Assembly (NCBI GenBank): GCA_038087875.1 | Contig: CM075985.1 | Span: 13,702,001 to 13,766,000 of the forward strand | Length of the DNA: 64,000 nt | Origin: Malacoraja senta | Taxonomy: Eukaryota | Direction of reading: 5' to 3' | Part shown: piece by piece, positions 11,980 to 25,600 of the stretch | Position numbering within the stretch: position 1 is the stretch's first letter | Layout: each line of letters starts with the position of its first letter | Notes under the pieces: generated by a model | Told to the model about the DNA's origin: nothing | Database searches by the model: none | What the model saw: only the letters and a program-made list of their open reading frames with translations | Position numbers and translations under genes: made by a program

Positions 11980-12153
11980 TGCTGTAATTTCTACATGGTG
12001 AAACCAAAATGTGTAAAATTGGCCTTTATTAAAATCTGACAATGTGCACTTTAACCACATGTAATTTTTTTCTATTACAAATCTCAAATTGTGGAGTACA
12101 GAGGCAAATAAATAAATGATGGGTCTTTGTCCCAAACATTATGGAGGGCACTG
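11980..12153. mobile_element. Solo terminal inverted repeat of the Tc1 family found at 39828-41127
   Basis: Near-identical to 40955-41127. Ends ...ATTATGGAGGGCACTG followed by TA. Confidence 0.85.
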
Positions 12154-12154
12154 T

Positions 12155-12490
12155 ATATAAGATAATGAGGGGGATGGATAGGGTGAAAGCACAGAGTAGG
12201 GGAATCAAGAACCAGAGAACATAGGTTTAAGGTGAGAAGGGAAATATTTAATAGGAACCTGAGGGGCAACCTTTTCATACAGAGGATGGTGGATATATGG
12301 AACGAGCTGCTAGAGGAGGTAGATGAAGCAAGGACTATAACAATATTTAAAAGATATTTGGACAGGTGCATAGATAAGAAAGTTGAGAGGAATATAGGCT
12401 AAACGCCAGCAGAGACTAGCATAGATGGGGTATTTTGGTCAACATGGACAAGTTGGGTCGAAGGGCTTGTTTCCGTGATGTGTGACTATG
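12155..12490 (+). mobile_element. CR1 LINE 3' fragment; similar decayed CR1 pieces at about 5710-6010, 7480-7825, 21100-21560, 22040-22760, 25150-25720, 26710-27480, 32790-33445, 33800-34000 and 43300-44060
   Basis: Typical CR1 ORF2 C-terminal motifs (SRTRGHSLR/K, FFTQRVV) and CR1 3' UTR with short tandem tails. Confidence 0.75.
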
Positions 12491-14966
12491 AGTGAAAATG
12501 TTCTATTATTGGTTGCACGATTAGCAAACATTTACACAAATGTGTTCAATTATATGACTCAAATATTAATTTTAAAAAGCTACAATCCTGCTGGAAGGAA
12601 CATAGTGAGATCAATATTTCTCACCATAAATTTCACAACATCCCAACATGTAACGTTTGTTGTATGCCACTGGCACAGTGTGCACTCCTTTGCATCCATT
12701 ATTTCAGCTTTTAAACACTGGAAGAACTGTGACATTGTCAGCACCATATTCAGTGTTTACATTAAGTACCACCCTTTTGAATTTCAAAATCAATAACCTT
12801 CATTGTCAATTATATTATAGAACATGCTGCTCAGCTTTCTTCTCAGAGTGAGTGTATTAACAACACCAAAATCTTGCATTCTGCGTTACAAAGTTGAAAC
12901 CTCTTAAGTGAATGCATTCACTGACAGCCACTGAATAGTGCAGTATAGCTTTACTCCAGTAAAGGACTATATCAATTAATCATTATCTACTGTATACTCC
13001 AAGCTCCAGTAGCAATATCAGTAAATAAGAATGAATAATGATGGTGAACTTGGTATATGATATGATTCTATATTGTTTTAATACTAAAGATGATGGAGAT
13101 CATGACAAACAGCAACACTTTTGTTAGTTTATGTACATGTTTCCCTGTGAAGCCACATTGGTTGTATTTTATGTCTCTGCTGATTACATCAGCAAGCTAA
13201 CCTCCAGAGATTTCAATGAAGGTTTGAATTCATTCATATTCAGAGGATGTCTAACCTTTCAGTTCAGAATGCTGCAGATACCGCCATAGTGTTCAATTTA
13301 TTTTGACAGTATCATTTTGATATTAGAATCTTCCCTGTACACATGTAACAAACCTTACTTAAAAGGCAATCACAACATAAAATTTCACGAACCAGTTTAC
13401 TTGTGTTCCAAATCTACATGTAAAGTAAAGATAGCGTGACCTTGTTTGCAATGTTACAAGAATGGAATTTGTCAGGACTATTTGCCTATCCAGAGCAAAA
13501 ATAAATCTAACCAATGCCTTTCCTCTTAAAATAGTAGATAATGCAGTCACCCTGTAATAGAATACATATAACCCTCCCTGTGGGAGGCATGTGGAAAGCA
13601 CTTAGTAGTTAGAGGAGCCTTACAGACAAGATGATTTAACTATTCTTTATCAGCAAAAATAAGTGTGTTCATCATGGCATATTTCATTCTTGACTATTAA
13701 GATAATAATATGATGTTAGTATTTGATTATGCACAATTTAATACTTTGTAGAGGGCAGATTTTGGAGCATTGCTCATTAAGTGTCAGTAAATACATTATT
13801 TTATTCCAAAATCAATATCCCATGCAAAAGACACTGATTTCACAAGTTCACGTTATCGGAGTAGAATTAGGCCATTCAGCCCATTGAATCTACTCCGCCA
13901 TTCAATCATGACTGATCTCTGTCTCCTAATCCCATTTTCCTGCCTTCTCCCCGTAACCCTTGACACCCGTTCTCTTGTATTTAGTTCAATTCTTGAATTC
14001 TCTTGTAATTATCTCAAACTCTGTAGTCCTATAGTTTTACATCAACTATTTTATCCAGCTTCTCATTATTACCAAACTATTCTGATATAAAGTAAATTTG
14101 GTCAACCAATCAGAAACTATTTCCATTGACAAATACTATTCGCGTGGAAATTGCAGGAAATGAGTGATGAAAAGAACAGAAATGCTTAGAATTCTGTTTT
14201 CAACCAATAATTTGAGTGTCCAACAGATCAGTACTTTTTGACCCATTAACATTGATATAGGAAACCCTTAACTGTGATACCTCAAATGGGTAAAAATAAA
14301 CACACATTGAATTTTGTGCATTACAGGAGAAAGTTCTCCTGACCCAAAAATATCTTTGCATTTAATTCTGACCCTTCAATGTCTCCCAACTTGAGTTCAC
14401 ATTCCTTCAATCTAATCTCTGCTAATTCCCCAACTCATTTATGGGATGGAGCCCACATATTTCCTGTTGTTCCTCCCCCACTGTGGTGTGCATGAAAATG
14501 GGCTCCTTTATGTTCACAGATATTTTGAATGTTAGAAAGATCATTTATTCACATTGAATTTGTTCCATTTGATTTTCAACAGAAATGTTTAGTGATGATT
14601 TTAACTCTTCTTGATGCTTTTTCTGTGCTTACTGAAATTCCAAGTTTAACATTAAAAATCTTCAAATTCTTTGATTTCTACGCCTATGCATAGCATGTCG
14701 AAAAACATGCATTAAATTAATATATTATGAAAGCTCCTCCAAAGGAATCTGAACAAATTACCCTATTGCTCAAGATTGATTCAATTTTATTTGCTATAAC
14801 ATTATGTACTGAACTTTGCATATAGTTCTTTCATAGCTTTTTAGCGTGAAAAGACAGGCAAAAGCCTTGACTTCAGACTAGAGCCGTCGTCTTCAAAAAC
14901 CATTGATAAATTTAATCTGCATCATGCAACCTTGACTAATGCAAGGCTAATTAATTCCGAAAATTT

Positions 14967-15302
14967 GAGTGGACGGGGAGTGTGGGAACTGTGGACCCGC
15001 TAAGCGGACGGAGATTGTGGGAACCGGGGACTCAACGAGTGCACAAGGAGTGTGGAAGCAGTGGACCCATTGAGTGCACAGGGAGTGTTGGAACCAGGAC
15101 ACAGCGAGTGGATGAGGAGTGTGTGAACTGTGGACCGAGTAGACGGGGAGTATGGGAACTGTGGACACAGCGAGTGGGGGACCCATGGAGCCTGCGTGTG
15201 GATAGGGAATGTAGAAACCGTGGCCCTGCTGAGTGCATGGGGAGTGTGGGGAATCAGGGACCCGGAGTGGACGGGGAGTGTGGGAACTGGGGACACAACG
15301 AG
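14967..15302. repeat. Diverged minisatellite, about 35-bp unit x about 10
   Basis: Recurrent unit GAGTGGACGGGGAGTGTGGGAACTGTGGACMC... Confidence 0.9.
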
Positions 15303-17235
15303 GGGAAGGGAAGACACAAGCTAAAATAAGAGATATTTGCAATATCCCATAATTTATTGCTCCATGTTGTTTAAAGGAAGTGGCTGAAGTCTCTATTCAA
15401 AAGTAGCTGAGTACACAGTTCCCTTTTCCATTTGAATGTATGAATTAGGAGCAGCAGTCAGCTGCTCAGTCCACCATTTAAAAGTATTCCTGTCTCCCTG
15501 TGGAAATCCATCCTTTTCTTGTTTACCAAGAATTAATCTATTGAAACACAAGAATCTTGAGCAACAAGAAACTGATGGAGGAACTCAGAAGGCCGTGCAG
15601 TATCTGAGGGGGAATGGACAGACGGCGTTTGGTGTTGGAAACCTTTTTCAGTGATGGAGTCGGCAGAGATAGCTGGAAAGGGGAGATGATGGTACAGCAA
15701 AGCCAGGCAAGTGATAGATAAATGCAGCCGAGGTGGATGGGGTGATTGGCAGATGGGTGGAGTAAGCCACAAAGGCCAGAGGTGAACAGGACACAAAAGG
15801 GTGTCAGGTGAAGAAAGAAGAGGTGTGAAGTATAAATCCAGAGAGAGGGATATGGGTGGAATAGGACAAATGGAGGCCAAAGAGGGGAGACAAGAGGGGA
15901 GATGCGGAGGGGGAAGAAGCATGGTGTCTTGGGTGGTGGAAGAAATGTGTGTGTACTGAGGTGGGAGTGGGGCAGGGGAAAGAGGTGTGAAATTGGAGGG
16001 GTATTACTTGAAATAGCTCAAATGGGCAGATATGCCATGAGAAAAGATTCAACATGTATAGAAGAATAAGAGGGGAGTTGATTGAAACACAAGATCCTGT
16101 GGGGTTTTGATTGGGTGGATGTAGATCGCAAAAGGGGTGTCAGAGATAGTCCAAATGATTTTGAAGCAGGGTGAAAGTTAGTAGTAAAGTTTATGAAATC
16201 AATGAGTTCTGCCCAGGTGCTGGAAACAGCTTCGATACAGTCATCAATGTGACAGTGAGAGAATTGGGGAATGGTGCCAGGGTACATTCAGAACAAGGAG
16301 TGTTCAATGTAAAACCAACAAAAAGACAAGCATAGTTGGGGGTCATGCAAGCGTCCCTAGCTACACCTTTGACTTAAAGAAAGTAGTGAGGAGTCAAAGG
16401 AGAAATTGTTAAGGACGAGGATGAATTCTGTCAGGCAGAGGAGAGTATTAGTTGCGGGGAACTGATTAATCTATCTCTGCCTCATAAATATTCAAGAATT
16501 TAGCATCCAATGGTCTTGAAGAAAAACAATCCTAGGTCTCACAATCTTATTGTATTTTTAAATGAATGATCCCTGATTTTTAAACAACTTTTATAGTTAT
16601 AGATTCCCTCACAAGAGGAAATATCCCCTCTACCTCCACCCTATCAAGACCCCTCATGATCTTATGTGTTTCAATCAACTCTTCTCATACTTCTGAACTC
16701 CAGCATGTTGAACCTTCTCTCCAGTCCTCAGTCATTCGAGGTGACCATTTCACTAAGCATTTCACTGTGTGTACCGATCTGCTGTCTTCTCATAGCGTAA
16801 TACTGCACCAAAGCACACCCCTTGAACCCTGAAACAGGCCCTTCAGCCCATTGAGTCGGTGCTGTCCCTCAAGCATCTACTTATAATCCTACGCTAACCC
16901 CCTCTGTTCTCCCATTCAATTTCTCTCAGATTCTATCACTCACTTGGAGTTGAAAGACATAAAGCTAACAACCACCTTGTAAGGGAAAAATAGCCGGCTT
17001 TACTGCAAGCAGATTGGAAAAGAGGGACATTTAGGACTTTCTCTGCCCCTAAAAAAGAAAATATTTGCTTTGGAAAGATTAATTCTTGAGGCAGGGAGGT
17101 TCTTCTTTGAAGAAAGATTGAGTAGCTTTGGCCAGTGTTCATAACAGGTTAGAAGAATGAGAGCTGGAAACCTCCTTTCCCTGATTGGAGAGTCTGCAAC
17201 CAAAAGGTACTGCTTCAGGGTAAGGGTTCAGCCAT

Positions 17236-17553
17236 TCAGTTTAATTTTGTTTAGCTTAGAGATACAGCATGGAAATGGGCCCTCTGACCCACTGAGTCCT
17301 CGCGGGCCATCAATCACTCATTCACACACTAGTTCTACACACACTCTATACACTTGGGCAATTTATCGAGGCCAATTAACCAACAAACCCACATGTCTTT
17401 GGGATGTGGAGGAAACCAGAGCACCTGGAGGAAGCCCATGCCATCACAGGAAGAAAGTAGAAACTCCACCCAGACAGCACCCAAGGTCAGGATTGAACCC
17501 GGGTCTCTGGCACTGTGGGGCAGCAGCTCTACCAGCTGCGCCACTGTGCTGCT
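17236..17553 (-). mobile_element. V-SINE (HE1-like); further copies at 24647-24947 (-), 25760-26086 (-), and partial copies at 32631-32790 and 61620-61790
   Basis: Same family as 9557-9885 in reverse orientation, with a (GTTTA)n tail on the plus strand. Confidence 0.8.
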
Positions 17554-18664
17554 CATTTGGGACTGAGATGATGAGAAAGTTGTTAATTTAAAGGGTTGAA
17601 CATCGTTTAGAATCTTTATTTTTTTACCCCCATAGAAATAAAGGGTTTGGGCAGGAAAATAAGGACCAGCTTTAACCTAACTGAATAGTGAAGCATGAGT
17701 GTTTTATGGTTCACTTCTACTCCTTTTTTGAATCTTATTATGTTCTTTAATATTTCATGGATTTTTAAGCAATGTTATCTATATTATATTCTTTTTATTT
17801 AAAAATTGACGTCACTCAAAAAACTAGTCTTAACAATGCTTGAAATATCTTCGTCGTTGGCAGTTACATGGAAATTGCAAAAAAAAGTATCTTGGCAACA
17901 TCTATTAATATAATTACTCACCCATTTTACTGCAGCCACTGCATTGTGTAATTACTTTTTTTTTGCTTTAAAGCCTTAGCATAGGAAGTGCTTATGCCAA
18001 TATCGAAGTAGAAAATACTGTCGCAGTTGACTGTGCATGTAATAAGGTTATTACCAGGATCCTTAACATCCTTTTCACAATTCAGTGCCATCTTGTGCCA
18101 ATACTTAACCCAAGATTAAATATACTCACAGCCACAAAACAATTTTGTATATACATATGAAGAAGTTGATAAGGTGAAGTGCTCTGGATGAATTTACAAA
18201 AAAGATTTACAATCTATTATTGTTAATCACTTAAGAATTGCAGTGAAAGATTTATTTTCACATCTGAGCTGTCCAAAGGAAATAATTGCTAGTGGCTAAA
18301 TTGTATAAAGTCAACTTCTATGCAGATTAAACTACAGATATTTTCATATTCTAAACAAACTGCAACAATCACTTACATTAAAACTGCATGTTTGGAAAAC
18401 ATAAATATCCCGAAACATTTCACAGAAGCATTATCCAACAAAATTGCATATCAAAAACACACGAGATATTACAGAAAATAACCAAAAGCTTGGGTAAACA
18501 GCTCGATTTTAATGAGCCTCTCAAAAGAAGAAAAGCAAAAGAGGGAGGTAGAAAGATTTACAGAGGAATTTCTAGAGATTATGGCAAAAGAATGTGAAGA
18601 TAAAACTTCCAACATTACAAAAATTGACAGGCAACTTTTTCACTCAGAAGGTGGTGGATATATA

Positions 18665-19620
18665 ATAATAATAATAATAATTCATTTTATTTGCTGGCGC
18701 CTTTCTAACACCCAAGGACACCTTACAAGGCATAAAATCACAAAAATACAAAACACATAATCGGAGTAAATTAAATATAAAAACACCACAATACACAAAT
18801 CAAGGACAGAATTCAATTACAAAAGCACAAAAAGAAAATTAGAAACACAATTTGAGGAGAGAGCAGCGGCAGCCAAACCGCACCAGCGTCCACTCTCCCC
18901 TCCGACCGCCATCTTGAACAAAGACCAACAGACACAGCACACAAAAATCATCCCCCCACAATGACCACCACTGTGGGGGAAGGCACAATGTCCAGTCCCC
19001 AACCCCAGTTCACCCAAAGTAAGGCCCAATGAGGCCTCCGCTATTGCCTCTACGGAGGCTCGATGTTCCTGGCCGTCGGGAGAGTCCTCGCAGCGGCTGG
19101 AACAGCCGGTTTCCCAGAGGAGTCGATGGCACCTGAAGCCGACAGGGCCGCGCCGATTTGGAGCCACGAGGCTCCCGATGTTAAAGTCGGCGCCGCCGCC
19201 CACGGCTGGTCGCTCCGCAGACCCGCAGCCCGGAGGTGTTGATCTCGGCGGTCACCGCATACCGGAGCTCCAGCGCGTCGATCCAGCGCGGCGACCCAGG
19301 CAAGGCATCGCCCGCTACGCTCTGCGATGGCGCTCCAGCGCTGTGCCGCCACCGAAGCTGAAGGTGCTGGGCGGTCCCCGCCAGGAAAACGCCGCTCCAT
19401 GCCCGCTGGTAGGCCACGAGGACGGGTCGACGGGGCAGCCTGGAGAAAAAGCTGCCTCACCGACCAGGTAGGGACCTAGAAATAGTTTCCCCCTTACCCC
19501 CCCACATTAAAAGTCAAAATTCCCCAAACAAACAAAGAAATAGAAAAGCTAAAAACTAAAAAAAAAAAGTGAATTTAACGGATGGCTGCTGGTTAGCAGC
19601 CGTTCCTCCAAGATGGCTCC
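18665..19620 (-). mobile_element. Non-autonomous GC-rich retroelement with L2-type 3' end, inserted into a CR1 fragment
   Basis: Minus-strand 3' end TGTAAGGTGTCCTTGGGTGTTAGAAAGGCGCC..AATAAA plus (TAT)n tail. CpG-rich body. The flanking CR1 sequence is continuous across the insertion. Confidence 0.6.
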
Positions 19621-22218
19621 TGTATATATGAAGCGAGCTGCCAGAGAAAGTAGTTCAGGTAGGTACTACAACAGCATTTAAAAGACACTTGGATAGGATA
19701 GGAATCAGATTATTCGAGGAATATGGGCCAAACACGGGCAAATGAGGCATCCAGGTCTCCATGGACGAGTTGATCTCTTCAATGTATTGCCAGTCAACAC
19801 CCCAAATCTGTCATTTCCCATATATTTTAAAATAAACTAGTTGTCCTTTTACTGAATGTGTTTATCCTCTTGTGAAACCTTTGATATTTTTCCACAATAA
19901 ATTTAATTTGCAACTTGGATACACAAGACACTGTAGATGGTGGAATCTTGAGCGAAAAACAAACTGCTGGAAGAACTCAGCGCACCAGGCAGCATCTGTG
20001 GAGGAATGTGGACTGACGGCATTTTGGATTGGGACCTTTCGTAAGTTTTGGTTGGTATTAACTCCATACATCAGGAGCACTTAAGATGCCTTGCACAAGG
20101 GGCAGACCACAAACTACCCACCCGTTCATCCAGTCAGGTTTGTCCAGCTTCATCTGTGGAAAACTCTGGAGTTCCTACTTTGGCTTCATGAGCCACTTCA
20201 AAACCCAGAAAACTTGGGTAGAAACAAACCATCCTTGATCCCAAAGTGTTGTGTAAGAATTTAAAGATCATCAGACCATTCCCAACTATCTTTCTTCTAG
20301 CCAGGAATTGTGATGTTCCTATATGCTGATTTATTTAGTTCAATCTCGGTTTGGATCTTGACTTTACTGATAGTCCGAATCTCACTTGGTTGTTTTCTGT
20401 CCAGGTTTTAATATTCTTAAGTTCAGAAAAGCAAATTTATGTGATTTTTTTGGACAGAATTTCTTGAAATTCTGTTCATTTCTGACAGTGTTGAGAATGC
20501 TCGATAATCAGATAAAATAAGTGTGAAAGAACAAATATGAAACTATCTTTCTTTGTCATAACCTACTTCTCTCATGAATATTCATTTTGATCAATGCCTA
20601 ATCTTACTCATATAGCCAGAGATTAATTGGAGTAATTGTTGTTCCCACTTTAGAAGATAATGGACATTGTTAATGACAAGGTACACAAAAATGCTGGAGA
20701 AACTCAGCGGGTGCAGCAGCATCTATGGAGCGAAGGAGATAGGCAATGTTTCGGGCCGAAACCCTTCTTCAGACTGATGACATCCTCTCCTGTTTGGCTA
20801 ATGGATTTAAAGCTAATCTACAAAACTCAATAAAAGAGCATTCTAGGTACCAAAAAAACCTCATTGATATGAATTTACATAAAATTAAACAGGCGAAAAG
20901 ATAGGCCATGGGGAAATAACTAAAACAGTTTCGTGTGCACCAAAAAGATAATATTTGTTATATTGAAAAGTAATGTAGAAATTATACTTGTGTATAGAAT
21001 GTTTAGAGCAATTATAGAGAAGCAAAATGACCCAGAGTGAAGGACTTCAATCAATTTTGTCATGGAAACATTTAGCTTGGAGATATACTTACTATAGAGG
21101 GAGAGAGATGAAATCACACCAGATTGGTTCCTGGGATGGTTGGTCTGCCAGGCAGGATTGAGTAGGCTAGGCTTTTCTTCTTTAGAGTTTAAGAATGAGA
21201 GGTAAATTCTTTATTGTGTACGCCAATTTTGAAGGGCTTTGGGGGGGGGACTTTTCCCCTTGCTGCCAATCAAGGTCACCCACCATCTCAAGGGGTCACC
21301 CTCTCAAAATAAAAGTTAGGCCATTTAAAACTGAAAAAAGGAAAATTAATTTACTTAGGCAAAGTTTTGCATTTATCAAGGAGACCAAATGATTGGGTAT
21401 TTATAAAATGGAGATTGATAGGTTCTTGTTTCGTAATGGTGTCAAAGGTTATGGGTGGAAGGCAGGAGAAAGGAGTTGAGAGAGAAAAATAGGTCATTAA
21501 AATAAGGCATAGCAGACTCGATGGTCCAAATGACCTAATTCTGCTCCCATGTCATAATCTTATAATCAATAATTTACCATTTTGGTGTAAACCTATGCAA
21601 GAAAGAAATACTGACAACTATCCTACTTGCTTAAAAGGCTTAATAACAGAGACACAACTTCATATATTTTGTGCTGGGCATTGGTGAATAATCATGATTT
21701 TGAAATATCTAAAGAATTGCACGTAGATTCAACTGCAGATGCTGGTCGACAAGAAAAGAGACAAGGTGCTGCAGTAACTCAGCAGGTCCGGCAGCATCTC
21801 TGGAGAACATAGATGCGTGATGATTTGGGCCAAGACCCTTCCCGTCCCGAAACATCTCCTATTCATGTTCTCCAGAGACGATGTCGGACCCGCTGAGTTA
21901 CTCCAGCACTTTGTCTCTTTTAAATTGCTGGGAGTTGCAAATAAGTAAAAAGCACACTGAGGAAGATTTAGTTCTAAACTCTGATTTAGTTCTAAATTAT
22001 CTTTAGCCGAACAATCCGTGGATAACGCTGCATCTCCAATTCTGTTTAAAGTGAGAACAGGGAAATTTAAAGGAGATCTGAGGGGAAATTTTTAAAACAG
22101 AAGGTAGCAATTATAATGAGCTTCAAGAGGACATGGTAATGGCAGATAGAATTACAAAGTTTAAAAGGCATTTGCATAGGTACTTGAATAGCAAAGGAAA
22201 GGAGGGATATGAGCCTAA

Positions 22219-22668
22219 TGGGCCTGTCCCACTTGGGTGACTACAGGAGACTATGCGGTCGCCACATGTTCGCAGGTGGTTGCTGGGGAGTCGCCTTCAT
22301 GGTCGTGAGTAGTTCCCGCATTCTCGGAACTAGTCGCGGTTTCATTGTGGTCGGCGCACATTTTTCAACATGTTGAAAAATTAGCCGCGATCAGAATGAA
22401 GTCGCCATGGAGAGTAGCGAGAATTCTCGTGCCGTAGGGGCAGTGGTAGTGGGTTGCCAGGAGGTAGAAGGTTGTCATAGGTTATCGTAGGTTGTTGCCG
22501 GTGCTGATTGGTGAATTTAATTGGCTCAATGGGAAAATAAAATGTAAACACCGATCGGTAATGTTTATAGCTGTGTATCTCTGGCTTCTTAAAAGTTGTT
22601 CACCAACCTGCTACAACTTGACAGTCGCCGGCAGTCGCCTGAAAAATCGCCTAAGTGGGACAGGCCCA
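22219..22668. mobile_element. PIF/Harbinger MITE with TAA TSD, inserted in a CR1 3' end
   Basis: TAA|TGGGCCTGTCCCACTT ... AAGTGGGACAGGCCCA|TAA. Confidence 0.9.
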
Positions 22669-25600
22669 TAATGCAGGTAAATGAGAATAGCATAGATCAA
22701 GGTCAACATGACCAATTATCTAAAGATTCTGTTTCTGTGCTGTAGAGCTCTATCACTATAACATTCCTCTGATGTTTCTATCATCACAAATGGAACTACC
22801 GGTATATAAATGCAAGGTATTGTTTCTTTGACCGTTAGAGAAATACTACCAATATTTGGGTCTCTGCTCTAATTCCTGAGTATATGACTCTGCAAATGAG
22901 AACTCCAATTCAAATCTCACCTTTAACCCACAGACTAATGCCGTAATGTCAATATTCACACTGAATAAATAAACTGGATTGACCAGAACTAAAAATAGAA
23001 GCTATTTAAACATCAAGAAAAGTTAGTTCTTATTGTCTAAATGTTCACTTGCCTATCAGTAAACTCTCAATATTAAGTTGTAAAATATGAAGCGCAGATC
23101 AACAAACTTCACAATGTCAGGGTCACCAGTAATGATGGTGAGATTCTTTAGGTGCTTGTGGAATTCAATTTGTAAGAGGATCATGAGCTTTCCGAGCTGA
23201 CAAGGTGCATAACAAGAATGCTGATCTATTGATATCTGCTACGGTCTAAAGGCTGCAGTTATATATGAAGGTGAAGTAGACCTTGAGAGCTGACACTGAA
23301 AAGCTGGTTAACTATTGCAAGAGTAGACAAATGTGCTGGAGAAACTCAGCGGGTGCGGCAGCATCTATGGAGCGAAGGAAATAGGCAAAGTTTCGAGCCG
23401 AAACCCTTCTTCAGACTGATGCAGGGTGGGGGGGGGGGGGGGGGCGGGAAGAAGAAAGGAAGAGGAGGAGCCAGAGGGCTGAGGGAGAGCTGAGAAGGGG
23501 AGGAGACAATAAGGGCTACCTGATGTAATCATCTGATTTCAAGATGTAGGCTTCCAAAGATAATTTCCAGCGCACACCATCTCCAAGATGCCAATACTAG
23601 CAGAGAGGTAAGCATCATAATAAATGGACAGAAGCTTAAGCATGATGCACTTCCAATTTTTACTTTAGTGCTACCCTTGACTGAACACTAAAATGTGACA
23701 TTTACGAGAGCTAGATAACAGCAAAAGTGAAGAGAAATAACAGCATTCTTAAAAAATGGGCAGAACCTTCATGGTTTTATTTAGTGGATAAAGGCAATGA
23801 CCAGCATATCCAATTGTTTGGCTTCAGGAGAGGAAGCATTAACATAAAACATCTGGGTACAAAAATAGACAAATATTTTTGGCATACCTATTACATCTAT
23901 GTATAATTTTTTGAAAGGAAGAAGTAACTCTTTATCAACTCATTAAGTTGGCATAATACGCCTCATTTTTAGAACGAAAGCTATGATGCATAGAGCTTAC
24001 TAAAAATGGAATAATTTGGCATAATTGCATTTTAACCAACTGCAACACTATTTAGTGTTAATAAGCTGCCAGAGAAAAGCTGTAGAAGTGGATACAATTC
24101 TGACTATTTCAACAAATACTGTATATAGAGAGGAAGGGTTTATGAAGGGTTTATGAGAGGAAAGGTAAATATGCCAATATGTCAACTTGGCCAGCATGAA
24201 CAAGGTGGGCCAAAGGGCCTGTTTCTGTGCTGTATTTACAATACAATATGAAAGGTTCTGCCAAAATGGAGGCATTTAAATTCATGCCTACTCTCATAAT
24301 TTCTCTCACGAATGGCATTATGGGAAGTAAATTGGATCTACATTCATTTTCTTTCTGACCAGTTTTCTCCTGCGAATGGCCAGTCCTGCCGCTTCAGAAA
24401 TAATTTATCAGTGATATCCTGTGATTAATCAGAATGTTGCATGGGTCAGTATTTATAAAGTCTGAGCCTATTCTATTATTTAGTCATCATAGAATGAATT
24501 AAAAAAATTCACGTGCAATTACGTTTTCTCCTTTAAGATTGGGGATAGGTACTGAAAAGTAGAACAAATTACATCTATTAACCCAGGAAATCAAATTACT
24601 CTGTTTTTAATGTAAAGTTTGGTGAAAATTTCAAGCCAAAATCATGTTGTTTAGTTGAGTTTAGTTTAGAGATACAGCACAGAAACAGGCGCATCAGCCC
24701 ACTAAGGCTGCGATTCCTATACACTAACACTATCCAACACACTAGTGACAATTTACAATTTTTTACTGAAGCCAATTAACCTACAAACCTGTCTTGGAGT
24801 GTGGGAGGAAACTGAAGCAACCCGAGAAAACCCACGAGGTCAAGGAGAGAACGTACAAACTCTGTTCAGACAATACCCGTAATCAGTATCAAACCGGGGA
24901 CTCTGGCGCTGGCAGGCTGCAACTTTACCGCTGTGCACCATGCCGCCATATGTTTCATTGAACTACAAGAGCATGAGAATTGGAACAAGAGTGGGTTATC
25001 GAGCCTGCTCTGTCATTCACCAGAATCATCATGGTTGATCTTCTACTTCAACTCTATTTTGCTGATTCCCACTGATGAAGGCAAGCATACCAAACGCCTT
25101 CTTTATTATTCTGTCTATTTGTGTTACTGCTTTTAGTGAATTATGGCCTTGGATACCACGATTCCTCTTATATCAATGTGGTTGAGGGTTCTGCCATTAA
25201 ATGTATATATTCCACCCATCCCAAAGTAAAAGTGCAACCTCTTCTTAACTTCTTATACCACTGGTCACAGACCTCCAGCCAGAATAACACCCTTCCACCA
25301 TCTTCTATGGGTAAGTCAGTTCTGAATCCATACTGGGAGGCACTGTAGAATTGTGGGTCTACCTTGCATCCATACTACCAAGTCACCATGGATACCATAC
25401 ATCTTAATCTGCAGCCTACCAGGGAGGATCTTATCAAATGCATCACTGATGTCCATGAAGACATCACCCACTGTCGTACTCTCATCTTTGCCATCTCCTC
25501 ACAAAACTCAATCAAGTTTTTAAGACAAATCCATGCTGCCTGCCCCAAATTAGACCTTTCTTTTCGAAATGCGAATAAATTCTACCCCTAAGAATACTCT

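Noticed and set aside
14947-15342. Several overlapping ORFs and a CRISPR-like periodicity
   Set aside because: Diverged tandem minisatellite without unique spacers, in vertebrate DNA.
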